A stretch of 64,000 nucleotides of DNA from Myxococcota bacterium (GCA_044344255.1 JBIJDH010000016.1:124937-188936); one strand, 5' to 3'. Counted from the stretch's first letter, positions 9,511 to 19,284 are shown. A program made the numbers and translations. Notes: generated from the sequence alone by a model not told the origin.

Positions 9511-10032
9511 ATGACCCACCGCGCTCTGCCCCTTCTCCCGCTCCTTGGCCTCGCCTTCGTGCTGCTCGGCGCCGCCCTGGGCCCCTCGGTCGCCCGCGCC
9601 GACCAGTGCGCCTATGTCTCGGAGGCGGTGGCGGTGCGGGCCGCCGAGTCGCTGGCGCTCCAGCACAAGGTGGCCGAGTACTGCGAGCCCTGCGGGGACA
9701 AGCGGCCGGGGCTGCGGGTCTTCGAGTCGGCCAAGGCGGGCCCCGTCGACGGCGCCGATCCCTACTGGGAGGTCACCCTCGAGGGGGCCGTGATCGTCGG
9801 TCCCACGGGGGGGAGCCAGATGGAGGCCAGCCTGTCGGGCTCGGTGGCGGTCGACCTCGCCTATGTCTACGTCCCCATCGGCTTCGGCGACTGGAAGAAC
9901 CTCGCGCTGCTCGCCAACTGCCCCACCACGGGAGTGAGCCCCGCCATCCCCGAGCCCATCGGGGCCGATCGGCTGAAGGTGAGGGACCAGCCGCCGAAGG
10001 GTCATCGGAACAGACGGCGGCGCGCCCGCTGA
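9511..10032 (+). CDS. secreted 4-Cys hypothetical protein
   Basis: Signal peptide ending ARA; DQCAY, YCEPCGD, LANCP. Confidence 0.7.
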   Translation: MTHRALPLLPLLGLAFVLLGAALGPSVARADQCAYVSEAVAVRAAESLALQHKVAEYCEPCGDKRPGLRVFESAKAGPVDGADPYWEVTLEGAVIVGPTGGSQMEASLSGSVAVDLAYVYVPIGFGDWKNLALLANCPTTGVSPAIPEPIGADRLKVRDQPPKGHRNRRRRAR

Positions 10033-10144
10033 GCCGCCCGCCCCGGCGTCCGCGCTCGACGGTGCCCCGGATCGAATTGGTGGGGGTGAGCGAAGGACAG
10101 AGGGTGGGTGCGGTAGATTCCATCGACTCCTTCCAGGTGGACAC

Positions 10145-11191
10145 ATGGGCAGGCCGCGCATCCTCATCGCCGATGATGATCGTACGCTCCGGGTCTTCCT
10201 CGGCGCCCTCGCCGAGCAGTGCGGCTTCGATGTCCTGCTGGCCGAGGATGGCGCCGTGGCGCTCGAGCTCGCCCGCCGCTGCGGGCCGGCCTTCGTGGTC
10301 ACCGATCTGCACATGCCGATCCTCAGCGGGCAGCGGCTGATCCCGCTGCTGCGCGCGCTCCCGGGCATGGTGGAGGTGCCGGTGATGGTGGTCTCCGCCG
10401 ATCCGAGCCGCACCACCAAGGTTGACCTGCTCAAGGCCGGGGCGGACGACTTCATTCAAAAGCCCGTCGATCCCGAGGAGTTCATGGCGCGGCTCCTGGC
10501 GATGGCCCGCCGCGGCAACGTCGCCACCGAGCTGTACAGTGCGCGGGCCGAGCGAGATCTCGCCCTCGTCCGGCTCGAACAGAACCACCAGGAGCTCGAG
10601 CGGCTCACCATCGGCCTCGTGGCGGCCCTCGAGCGGGCGAGCGAGCTCAATGACACCGACACCGGCAACCACATCCGGAGGGTCTCGGCCTTCGCCGCCC
10701 ACCTCGCGCGGGCCGTCGGGCAGCCCGCGGAGTTCGTGGACGCGCTCGGGCGGTACGCGGGCCTCCATGACGTCGGCAAGGTGGGCATCCGCGACGCCAT
10801 CTTGAAGAAGCCCGGCCCCCTCACCGCGCTCGAGTTCGACGAGATGAAGGGCCACACGCTGATCGGCGCCGACCTGCTGCGCTCGGCGGGCCTGCCGGAG
10901 ATGGCCGCCAACATCCCGCTCTGCCACCACGAGAAGTGGAACGGCCGGGGCTACCCGCGGGGCCTCGAGGGGGAGCAGATCCCGATCGAGGCGCGCATCG
11001 TCGCCGTGGTCGACGTCTTCGACGCGCTCAATTCCCGTCGCTGCTACAAGGCGGCCTTCGGCTTCTCGGTCTCCTGCCAGATGCTGCGCGAGATGGCCGG
11101 CCGCGACCTGGACCCCATGTTGGTGGAGGTCTTCTTCCGCGACATGGGCGCCATCTCCGAAGTCATGGAGCGGTTCAGCGACAATGGCTGA
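10145..11191 (+). CDS. response regulator with HD-GYP phosphodiesterase domain
   Basis: REC: ILIADDD, TDLHMP, QKP; HD-GYP: HIRRV, HDVGK, HHEKWNGRGYP. Confidence 0.93.
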   Translation: MGRPRILIADDDRTLRVFLGALAEQCGFDVLLAEDGAVALELARRCGPAFVVTDLHMPILSGQRLIPLLRALPGMVEVPVMVVSADPSRTTKVDLLKAGADDFIQKPVDPEEFMARLLAMARRGNVATELYSARAERDLALVRLEQNHQELERLTIGLVAALERASELNDTDTGNHIRRVSAFAAHLARAVGQPAEFVDALGRYAGLHDVGKVGIRDAILKKPGPLTALEFDEMKGHTLIGADLLRSAGLPEMAANIPLCHHEKWNGRGYPRGLEGEQIPIEARIVAVVDVFDALNSRRCYKAAFGFSVSCQMLREMAGRDLDPMLVEVFFRDMGAISEVMERFSDNG

Positions 11192-14100
11192 CTTCACCCC
11201 GCTCCCCGGGCGGCCCTTCGGCCGCTGGACCCCGCACCGCCAGCTCGGGCGCGGCTCCTTCGGCGCGGCCTGGTACGCCACCGATCCCGAGGGTCGTGTG
11301 GGCGCCCTCAAGATCTTGAGCGAGGACCCCGGTGATGAGGTGCGGGCCCTGGCGATGGTCTGCCACCCCTCGATCCCCACCCTGCTCGACTCGGGCACCT
11401 GGCCGGCGCCCTTCGTCGTCATGGAGCTGATGCGAGGGCGAACGCTCGGGGCGCTGCTCCGAGCGGAGGCGGTCGATCTCGACCTCGCGATCGACGTCGC
11501 CGCGAACGTCGCCGACGCGCTCGCGACCGTCCACCACACCGGCCTGCACCACGGAGACGTCAAGCCAGACAACATCCTCGTCGCCCAGGGGGTCGAGCGC
11601 GCGGTGTCGCTGGTCGACTTCGGCCTCGCGCTCCGGGGGGGAGGCGGCACCTTGCGCTACGCCTCCCCGGAGGCCCTGATCGGCAACAGCCGGGGCACCG
11701 CCGCTGACGTGTACAGCCTCGGCCTCGTGCTCTGGGAGATGCTGCACCGGCGCCGCGCCTGGTCGGAGCTCGATCTGGGGCAGTCGCTCATCCGGCGGCG
11801 AATGGAGGTGCCGCCGGTGGAGGTGGGCCCGCCGTGGCTCCGACGGCTCACCGAGCAGATGCTGGCGATCGACCCCGCCCATCGCCCGAGCGCGGCCGAC
11901 GTGGCCGACGCCCTCTCGGCGCACGGGGCGCACACGGCCGAGCCCGGGCCCGACCTGCTGCGTCGACGCGCGCGCGTGGTTCACGTCCCGTTGGCGGGCG
12001 TCGATGATGCGCTGCTGGGCTGGGTCTCCGCGCTGGCGGGCGCGACGGCCCGGGCTCCGACCGCGGTGTCGACCGGGGTGTCGGCGGGCGGCCCCGAAGA
12101 CGCGGACGGCGGTCGGAACCTCGCGCTGATCGGCGGCGCGGGCGCAGGGCGCACCCACCAGATCGATCGGCTCGTGCGAGAGCTCCGGGTGCGCGGCATC
12201 CCCGTCGTGCGCCTCGCCCCCGCCGACGAGCCCTGGGCCTCCGTCAGCGTCGCGCTCTCCGATCCCTCCCTCCCCGAGCCCCCCGTCGCCCTGCCGACGA
12301 TCGCCGATCCCCTCGATCGGGCCGAGGCCGCCGCCGAGGCCCTCGAGGCGCGGGGCAACGGGAGGCTGGTCGTCGTCGTCGATGATGAGGACACCCTCGA
12401 TCCCAGCGCCCGCCTCCTGGTCTCCGCCCTCGTGCGGCACCGGGTGGTCTACCTGTGCTCTGCGGGCGCCGCGCCGCCGGAGTGGGCGGCGCGCCTGGTC
12501 CGGCTGCGGGCCTTCGACGCCGCCGAGCTCGCCGACCTCACGCGCCAGATCCTCGGCCCTGACCTCAACCTCGGGCCCCTGATCACCTCGCTGCAGATCG
12601 CCTCGGGCGGAGTGCCGGACGCGGCGGTCGCCTTCATCGTGGCGGCCGGGGAGCGCGGCGCCCTGCTCTTGCGGCGCCAACGCTGGCTGGTCGACGAGGG
12701 CGCGCTCCAGGCCCTCGTGCACGAGGGCTCGGGCGCCGCGGGGGCCGACGTCTCGCTGCCGACGGACGCGGCCTTGCTCGGCGCCTTCCTCGCGGTGATC
12801 GGCCGCCCCACGCGTCGGGAGAGCCTGCTCGCTTCGGCGCCCCTCCCCTTCGACCGGGCGCAGGCGGCGCTGCCCGTGCTGCTCGACAGCGGCCTCGTGC
12901 GGCTCGACGAGCACACCCTCCTGCCGCGGTCGGCGGCGGCCGTGGCGAGGCTCCGCGCCCTGTCCCCCGACCTCCCGGCCCTGCATCGGCATTGCCTCCT
13001 CACGCTCCGGTCTCAACCGGAGGTGCCCTACGATCGGCTGGGCCGGCACATCGTGGGCGCCGGGGACGCGGTCGAGGCCGCTCGGCTCGGTGCGCAGGTG
13101 ATCGCCGCGGTGGCCGCCCTCGATCCCGCCGAAGCGGCGCGGATCGCCGACGGGCTCTGGGGTGTCGCGCCTGTCCCCGAGCTGGCCCTCGCCCGCGCGC
13201 GCGCCCTCGTCGGCGCGGGCCGCACGGAGGAGGGCTTCGCCGCCGCCGAGCAGGCCCTCGCGGGGCGGGAGCACGGCCCTGACGACGTGGGCCTCCTGAC
13301 GCTCCAGGCCGACGTCCACCGGGCCTTCCACGATGACGGCGCCGCCGCCCTCGCCTCCATCGTGGCCGCGCACGCGGCGCTCGGCGGCGCCCCACCCACG
13401 CCGAGCCTCCGGGTGGCCGAGGCGAACGTTCACTTCGCCGCTGGGCGGGTCGAGGAGGCCATCCGGGTCGCGCGGCCCTTCGCCGAGGCCGAGCCCCCCG
13501 AGGCTGAGGAGGACCTCGAGCAGTGGCTCCGCCTCCGCGGCATCTGGGCACAGTCCACCCACAAGGCCGGCGACACCGCCGGCGCGATCGCGATCCTCGA
13601 GCTGCCCGACCTCGGCGGTCGCGGCGGCCCCGCCCGGGCCCTGCTCGAGGGGATGAGGGGGCGCCTCCTGCTCCACGCCGGCCGCATCCGCGAGGCCGCC
13701 GCGGTGATGCAGTCGGCGGCCCGGGTGGAGACGGGCCTCTCGGTGCTCGACCGGGCGCGGATGATGAACAACTGGGGTTTGGCGAGCTACTCAGCGGGAG
13801 ATCGCCAGGAGGCCCTCGGTGCCTGGGAGGACGCCCTCCTCCTCTTTGAGCGGATCCAGTCCCCCTTGGAGCAGATCCGCGTCAGCATCAACCTCTGTGT
13901 CGGCTACCAGGAGGGCGGCCGCTGGGAGCGGGCGCGCCAGGTGGGCCAGTGGGCCCACGACGAGGCGACCCGCCGCGGGCACCCAGACCTCGTCGCCATC
14001 GCAGCCGGGAACCTGGGTGACGTCTTCCTCGGCCAGGGCGCCTATGAGGAGGCCGAGGCCCTCTTCGCCCGCGGGGCCCGCCTCGCCGACGAGCTCGGGA

Positions 14101-15719
14101 TGGCCAGCGAGCTCGTAGAGCTGGCGCGTCGGGACGCTGAGCTGGCCGTGCTCCGCGAGGAGGAGGGCTCGCTCGTGAAGGCGGAGCGCGCGCTCCGGCT
14201 GGCCGGCGAGCAGGGGATGGTGGTGGAGGAGTGCCGCTCTCACGCCCTCATCGCCGTCTGCCTCGCGCGTCGCGGCCGGCTCAACCGGGTCGACCGACAC
14301 CTGGGCCTCGCCGTCGCCCCGCTCCGGGAGGCCGGCGCGGCCGGCGAGCTCGCCCGGGTGCGCCTCTGGGCCGCCGAGGCCTACCTCGCCGCGGGCCGCA
14401 CCCGCGACGCCGCCGCGGAGTGTGATCGGGTCTCCGCTTACGCGCAGGAGGCGGGCCTGCTGCCGCTGCGCACCCGCGCCGATCACCTGCTCGCGCTGGC
14501 GAGGGCCGGATCACCGGAGTCGTTGAACGGGCGCCTCGAGGAGCTCTTGGCGCTCGCCGTCGCCATGACCCGCGAGCGCGACCTGCCCACCCTCCTCCAG
14601 GGCATCGCCGGGGCGGCGCTGACGCTGCTCCAGGCCGACCGCGCCTTCGTCGTGCTCGGCACCGCGGAGGCCCCCGAGATCGCGGCGGGGCGAGTGCGGG
14701 ACGGGGTGGACGCGGGCCTGCCCGCGATGTCGATCGTTCGCCGCGTGATGCGCCAGGCCCGCGAGGTGCTCGCCGCGGACATCGGGGAGCGCGGCGACCT
14801 CCGGGCCGCAGAGAGCGTGCTCGCGCTGCACCTGCGCTCGGCGATGTGTGTCCCCCTCGTCGAGGGCCGCGAGACGGTGGGCGCCATTTACGTCGACAGC
14901 CGGATGGAGAGCGAGGAGGAGCTCACCGAGGCCGCCAAGCTGCTCCGGGCGCTGGCCAGCCACGCCGCGGCGGCGGTGACCAACGCCCGCCGCGTGGCCG
15001 CCCTCGCCGACCGCACCGACCGCGTCGCCGAGCTCGCCCATGACATCCGAAACCCGCTCTCCGCCCTGATCGTCATCGCGCGGAACCTCGCCCGCCGTGA
15101 CCTCGCCCCGACGGTCGTCGAGGCGGAGCTCCGCAAGCTCGATGAGCTCTCGCGCGACACGATGGTGATGCTCGACCAGATCGTCGAGCCCGTGGCGGTC
15201 CCCGTCGCGGTGGTCGAGCTCGACCGCCTGGTGGCCCACGTGGGAGACATGCTGGCGGTCGAGGCCCGCTCCCGGGGCGTCGCGCTGGACATCGACATCG
15301 AAGAGGGCCTCCCCGCGGTGCAGGGGAACACCGCCGAGCTCTTCCGGGCCTGGTCAAACATCGTCTCCAACGCCATCAAGTACTCGCCGGCGGGTGGGAG
15401 GGTCTCCGTCCGGCTGCGGGTGGCCGGCGGCGAGCTCGTCGGCGTCGTCGAAGACCAGGGCCCGGGCATCCCCGAGGATCAGCTCGAGGCCGTCTTTCGT
15501 CGGGGCGTGCAGGCCCCCGGAGCCCTCGGAGGGCACGGCCTCGGGCTCGCTATCGCCAGTCGTGTGGCCTCCGAGCACGGCGGCCGCCTGGTGGCCGAGA
15601 ACCGCGCAGAGGGCGGCGCGCGGCTCGTCCTGACCCTCCCCTTGGAGCGGCGGCCGCCCCCGCCCGTTGCGGCGAATCCGTCCATCGGGGGAGGGACCGA
15701 TGACCCGATCGGCCGCTAA
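11184..15719 (+). CDS. hybrid Ser/Thr kinase - P-loop - TPR - GAF - histidine kinase
   Basis: GRGSFG, HGDVKPDN, DFG; GGAGAGRT; GAF SAMCVPL...AIYVD; AHDIRNPL, NAIKY, DQGPGI, GLGL. Confidence 0.9.
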   Translation: MADFTPLPGRPFGRWTPHRQLGRGSFGAAWYATDPEGRVGALKILSEDPGDEVRALAMVCHPSIPTLLDSGTWPAPFVVMELMRGRTLGALLRAEAVDLDLAIDVAANVADALATVHHTGLHHGDVKPDNILVAQGVERAVSLVDFGLALRGGGGTLRYASPEALIGNSRGTAADVYSLGLVLWEMLHRRRAWSELDLGQSLIRRRMEVPPVEVGPPWLRRLTEQMLAIDPAHRPSAADVADALSAHGAHTAEPGPDLLRRRARVVHVPLAGVDDALLGWVSALAGATARAPTAVSTGVSAGGPEDADGGRNLALIGGAGAGRTHQIDRLVRELRVRGIPVVRLAPADEPWASVSVALSDPSLPEPPVALPTIADPLDRAEAAAEALEARGNGRLVVVVDDEDTLDPSARLLVSALVRHRVVYLCSAGAAPPEWAARLVRLRAFDAAELADLTRQILGPDLNLGPLITSLQIASGGVPDAAVAFIVAAGERGALLLRRQRWLVDEGALQALVHEGSGAAGADVSLPTDAALLGAFLAVIGRPTRRESLLASAPLPFDRAQAALPVLLDSGLVRLDEHTLLPRSAAAVARLRALSPDLPALHRHCLLTLRSQPEVPYDRLGRHIVGAGDAVEAARLGAQVIAAVAALDPAEAARIADGLWGVAPVPELALARARALVGAGRTEEGFAAAEQALAGREHGPDDVGLLTLQADVHRAFHDDGAAALASIVAAHAALGGAPPTPSLRVAEANVHFAAGRVEEAIRVARPFAEAEPPEAEEDLEQWLRLRGIWAQSTHKAGDTAGAIAILELPDLGGRGGPARALLEGMRGRLLLHAGRIREAAAVMQSAARVETGLSVLDRARMMNNWGLASYSAGDRQEALGAWEDALLLFERIQSPLEQIRVSINLCVGYQEGGRWERARQVGQWAHDEATRRGHPDLVAIAAGNLGDVFLGQGAYEEAEALFARGARLADELGMASELVELARRDAELAVLREEEGSLVKAERALRLAGEQGMVVEECRSHALIAVCLARRGRLNRVDRHLGLAVAPLREAGAAGELARVRLWAAEAYLAAGRTRDAAAECDRVSAYAQEAGLLPLRTRADHLLALARAGSPESLNGRLEELLALAVAMTRERDLPTLLQGIAGAALTLLQADRAFVVLGTAEAPEIAAGRVRDGVDAGLPAMSIVRRVMRQAREVLAADIGERGDLRAAESVLALHLRSAMCVPLVEGRETVGAIYVDSRMESEEELTEAAKLLRALASHAAAAVTNARRVAALADRTDRVAELAHDIRNPLSALIVIARNLARRDLAPTVVEAELRKLDELSRDTMVMLDQIVEPVAVPVAVVELDRLVAHVGDMLAVEARSRGVALDIDIEEGLPAVQGNTAELFRAWSNIVSNAIKYSPAGGRVSVRLRVAGGELVGVVEDQGPGIPEDQLEAVFRRGVQAPGALGGHGLGLAIASRVASEHGGRLVAENRAEGGARLVLTLPLERRPPPPVAANPSIGGGTDDPIGR

Positions 15720-15733
15720 CGCCGACTCCGTGG

Positions 15734-15749
15734 TTGGCACGCGAAGTGC
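15734..15749 (+). promoter_or_regulatory. putative sigma54 (-24/-12) promoter
   Basis: TTGGCACG-cgaa-GTGC; GG (15736-37) and GC (15748-49) separated by 10 nt. Confidence 0.65.
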
Positions 15750-15760
15750 GTAGAGGGGAG

Positions 15761-15934
15761 GCATGGACCCTCCGCGGTCCCCCCTTCCCCTCCCACCCGC
15801 GCGCATCGAGCACCTCTGCTTCGGTCGATCAACGTCTCACACGTCATGCTGTTCCTCTCCTCCGTCTTCGTCCGAGCTGCGCGGCTCGGAATTTGGTCGG
15901 GGCAAAGGCCGGGCCCGCTGGGTGGGGGCTTTTT
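15761..15934 (+). ncRNA. putative structured small RNA
   Basis: Follows the sigma54 motif; hairpins 15765-15780, 15805-15829, 15871-15890; stem + T-run 15904-15934; no convincing CDS. Confidence 0.4.
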
Positions 15935-16522
15935 ACGTCCGTCTATGTGCGCGGGTCTCTCGCGCCTCACCACCCATGATGTCGAATGGGCGCTGCTTCG
16001 GCCGTCGACGGAGGGCCTTGGCCTCGCGGTCCTCGGATCCGCCCGTAGCGCCGCAGCGTGAGTGGCCATCCTCGGCGCGAATGAACCAGAACCAAGCGCC
16101 GACCGAGGAGGCGAGGATGTCCGTGCGGGCCTTCCACCACCGGCGGAGCTGGAGCACGTCGATCTGGGCGTCTCCGTGCAGGGGTCGATGCCCAGGGGTT
16201 CGGAGAGGCGGAGGTGCATGACCGGACGATAGCACCCAGAGCGCTGGCAGGACACCCGGTCGGGTTTGGGGGTCGACTCGGCTGGGTGGTGAACCAGCGA
16301 TCAAGCCCGCGCAGGACCACGGCGACGGCCCACCTGCGGTGGACCGCCAGTCCACCCGCGCTCCTGCGATCCGGCCTCCCGATGCCGCCCCGCTCTCCGT
16401 GCAGACGGCCCCGAGCGGCCTCTGGTGGGGCTGGCCCGTCCTACGCCCGTCTGTCCGAGTTGGAGGAGTGGCTGGCTCGGGCTCCTGCTCGGCGTCGCCG
16501 CCCTCGGCGCGCGTCGCCGTCG

Positions 16523-19078
16523 TCAGGGCGCCGCGGTCTCTGCCCCTTCGAGAGCGGCCGTCTCCTCGCAGGCGCCCTCGGCCTCCTCGGCGCAGTAGCA
16601 GGCGTCGCCCACGTCGCAGGTGGCGGCCTCGGCCTCGATCGCCTCGATCTCGGTGCCGTTGAAGTGCACCGATGACATTGCCAGCTCGCCGCTGCTCGCG
16701 CTGAAGACGGCCGCGCCCTCCTGGAGGCCCGACCCGGTCACCCAGCCGCCCGCGCCGAGCAGGCCGGCGGTGGGGGAGGTGGGATCGATGATGGTGCCGA
16801 AGCCTGCGTTGTATCCGAGCGGGCTCGAGACGAGGCCGCTGCCGAGCATGAGCGGCTGAAAGCCGAGCGGGCTCGAGACGAGGCCGGAGCCGGAGAGCAC
16901 CGTCTGGGCGGTGGGCGCTCCGGGATAGGCGGAGAGACCCTCGCCGTCGATGGAGAGCGCCGTGAGCACCGGCGAGGAGGCGAGGCCTGTGGGCAGGGAC
17001 CAGATCGTGAAGCCCAGCGGCGAGGAGACGAGGCCAGTGCCGCGGGTGAAGGTGAAGCCCAGCGGCGAGGAGACGAGGCCGGAGCCGTCCGACCACTCCA
17101 CCTCACCCTCGGCGACGACCGTGGCGCTGTCGAGCCGGGCCGGCGTGAGCAGCAGGGCGGTGGGCGTGTTGAAGATGCCGACGCCGTGGTTCACGAGGGC
17201 GTAGGACTCGGCGAGGGGGCCGAGGTCGGCGTCTGCGCCTGCGCGCCAATGAAAGGAGAGCAGGGCGTCGGCGGCGTCGGGGTCGTCCTGCATGGCGGCG
17301 ATGAGCTGGTCGAGGCCCTCGCTCCAGACGAGGCCGGGGCGGGGGTGGTGGCCGACGCCGTCGGAGATGATCTGGTCGACGCTCACCCGCCAGGAGGCCG
17401 TGGTCGCGCCGGCCCCGCCCTTGGCCGGACCGGTGATCGTGCACATCCCATCGACCGTGACGCAGGAGAGCGCCGCGAAGCCGGAGCCCCACATCGAGGC
17501 CGCCACGGTGACCCCGTCCGCCAGCGCCCCGTCTTCGTCGAAGACCGTGACGCGGGCCTTCGGCAGGACGACGCCCGGGCTCGTGTCAGCCAGCAGGTAG
17601 GGCATGATCGACACGTGGTAGTGGCGGGCCTCCGGGGTGCCGGGTGAGCCCACCGCGGCGAGGGCCGCCTCGATGTTCAAGCGGCCAGCGCCCCAGAGGC
17701 CGGTGTAGGGGCTCTGGGTCCAGGAGAGGGGCGTGGTGGTGCTCTGGAGGAGCTCCTTGACCTCGCCCGGGGCGGCCCCCTCGGCGAGGAGGGCGGCGAC
17801 GGCGCCGGTCACGAGGGCGGTGGCCTGGCTGGTGCCGGCCATGAAGACGTAGCGCGGGGTCGCGGGGGCCCCGGGGGTGATGGTCTCGGCCAGCACCCCG
17901 TCGACATAGCCGTCTTTGTTGAGGTCAAAGCTGAGTGAGCCGCCGGATGCCACGAGGTCGGCGCGGGTGCCGTTGTTCGAGTATCCGGCGGGGAGGAAGG
18001 TGGTCTTGCTGGCGGGGCGGTCGGCGGCGACCGCGATGACCAGCGGATTGGAGGCGGGGTAGGTGATGTCGTGCTGGGCTGTGTTCCCGGCCGCCGACAC
18101 GAGCACGGCGCCGCCCAGTGACACCTCCTCGAGCGCCGCCGCGAGGGCGTGTGAGGGGGCGTAGCCGAGGCTGAAGGAGAGGCTCATGTTGACCACGTCG
18201 GCGCCGTGGTCTGCCGCCCAGGACAGCGCGTTGACGAGGGCGAGCTCGGTGCCCTGGTTGTTGGCGTCGAGCACCTTGAGCGGCATCAGGCTCATGCCGG
18301 GGCAGACCCCCTCCATCGCCCCGGTGGAGGCGAGCAGGCTGGCGATGTGGGTGCCGTGCATGTGGTCGTCATTGGGATGAGCGTCGTTGTTCACGAAGTC
18401 CCACGGGGCGACGAAGGGCGTGGCCTGCAGCGTCGGTGCGACGGCGTAGGAGACGCCGCCCACCGTCGCGGTCTCGAAGGCGACGCCGGTGTCGATCACC
18501 GCCACGGTGACCCCAGTACAGTCGAGGGTACCGACAGGGGGGGTGTGGATCGCCGCGAGGTGCCACTGGAATTTGTTGCCCCGGGTGGTGCTCGGGCCCA
18601 CCGGGAGGGCCGCGCCCGTAATGCGGCCCTCCGGGGCGGCGTCGGCCACCTCGGGGTCCTCGAGGAGGCCGGCGATGAAGGTGTCGCGGTCGGCGCCCTC
18701 GGGGACGGCGAGGCCGGCCCACCCGGAGGGGCCGCGCGGCACGGTCACGCGGCTGCCGTGGCGGGAGGCGACGCGGTGCAGGGCCTCGGCGTTGGCCGCG
18801 GAGACCATGACCTCGTGGGTCAGGTACGGGGACGGCCCCCCGGCGCCTGAGTCGGCGCGGCCGGCAGAGGCGGGGGCAAGAGCGCCGGAGAGGGGCGCCG
18901 GCCCGCGGGAGTGGGACGCCCCGCCCGCCTGGGCGCCCCGACGGGCGGCAGCACCCTGCGCAGCCGCATCGGAGGGCGCCGACGGGGGTGCGAGCATGGA
19001 GCGAGCCGCCCAGAGGCCCAGGAGCCCGAAGAGAGAGAGGAGCGCGGTGGGCACGACCAGGGATGGACGGCGGTTCAT
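16523..19078 (-). CDS. S8 subtilisin-family serine protease with C-terminal repeats
   Basis: Triad VAVIDTG, HGTHIA, GTSQAT; oxyanion AAGN; N-terminal hydrophobic helix; ATG 19078 preferred over 19162. Confidence 0.92.
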   Translation of the reverse strand: MNRRPSLVVPTALLSLFGLLGLWAARSMLAPPSAPSDAAAQGAAARRGAQAGGASHSRGPAPLSGALAPASAGRADSGAGGPSPYLTHEVMVSAANAEALHRVASRHGSRVTVPRGPSGWAGLAVPEGADRDTFIAGLLEDPEVADAAPEGRITGAALPVGPSTTRGNKFQWHLAAIHTPPVGTLDCTGVTVAVIDTGVAFETATVGGVSYAVAPTLQATPFVAPWDFVNNDAHPNDDHMHGTHIASLLASTGAMEGVCPGMSLMPLKVLDANNQGTELALVNALSWAADHGADVVNMSLSFSLGYAPSHALAAALEEVSLGGAVLVSAAGNTAQHDITYPASNPLVIAVAADRPASKTTFLPAGYSNNGTRADLVASGGSLSFDLNKDGYVDGVLAETITPGAPATPRYVFMAGTSQATALVTGAVAALLAEGAAPGEVKELLQSTTTPLSWTQSPYTGLWGAGRLNIEAALAAVGSPGTPEARHYHVSIMPYLLADTSPGVVLPKARVTVFDEDGALADGVTVAASMWGSGFAALSCVTVDGMCTITGPAKGGAGATTASWRVSVDQIISDGVGHHPRPGLVWSEGLDQLIAAMQDDPDAADALLSFHWRAGADADLGPLAESYALVNHGVGIFNTPTALLLTPARLDSATVVAEGEVEWSDGSGLVSSPLGFTFTRGTGLVSSPLGFTIWSLPTGLASSPVLTALSIDGEGLSAYPGAPTAQTVLSGSGLVSSPLGFQPLMLGSGLVSSPLGYNAGFGTIIDPTSPTAGLLGAGGWVTGSGLQEGAAVFSASSGELAMSSVHFNGTEIEAIEAEAATCDVGDACYCAEEAEGACEETAALEGAETAAP
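16811..17086 (-). repeat. five intragenic GL(V/A)SSP(LG) repeats
   Basis: GSGLVSSPLGF, GTGLVSSPLGF, PTGLASSPVL, GSGLVSSPLGF, GSGLVSSPLGY. Confidence 0.9.
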
Positions 19079-19284
19079 CGGGTGCCTCGTTTGTCGGGGG
19101 TTTTCCGCTGCGACCCTCCACAGAGGGCAGTGGGGCGCCTCGAGCCGTAGATCGGTCCTCACCCACCGACCACCCGGCGAGCGGGTGGCGGGAGGGTGTG
19201 AACATCGCGGATATAGCGGCTGAGGGCGCTCGCGGCGGGGACGGTGACCTGGGACCTGCTCTGAACCTCAGGTGGGATCACCGG

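Noticed and set aside
15880..15934. c-di-GMP-I riboswitch (GGGCAAA-like string near an HD-GYP gene)
   Set aside because: No GNRA tetraloop/receptor two-stem layout and no downstream CDS
15763..16221. 152-aa plus-strand CDS
   Set aside because: Ser/Arg/Pro-rich with atypical codon usage; its RBS lies upstream of the predicted sigma54 start
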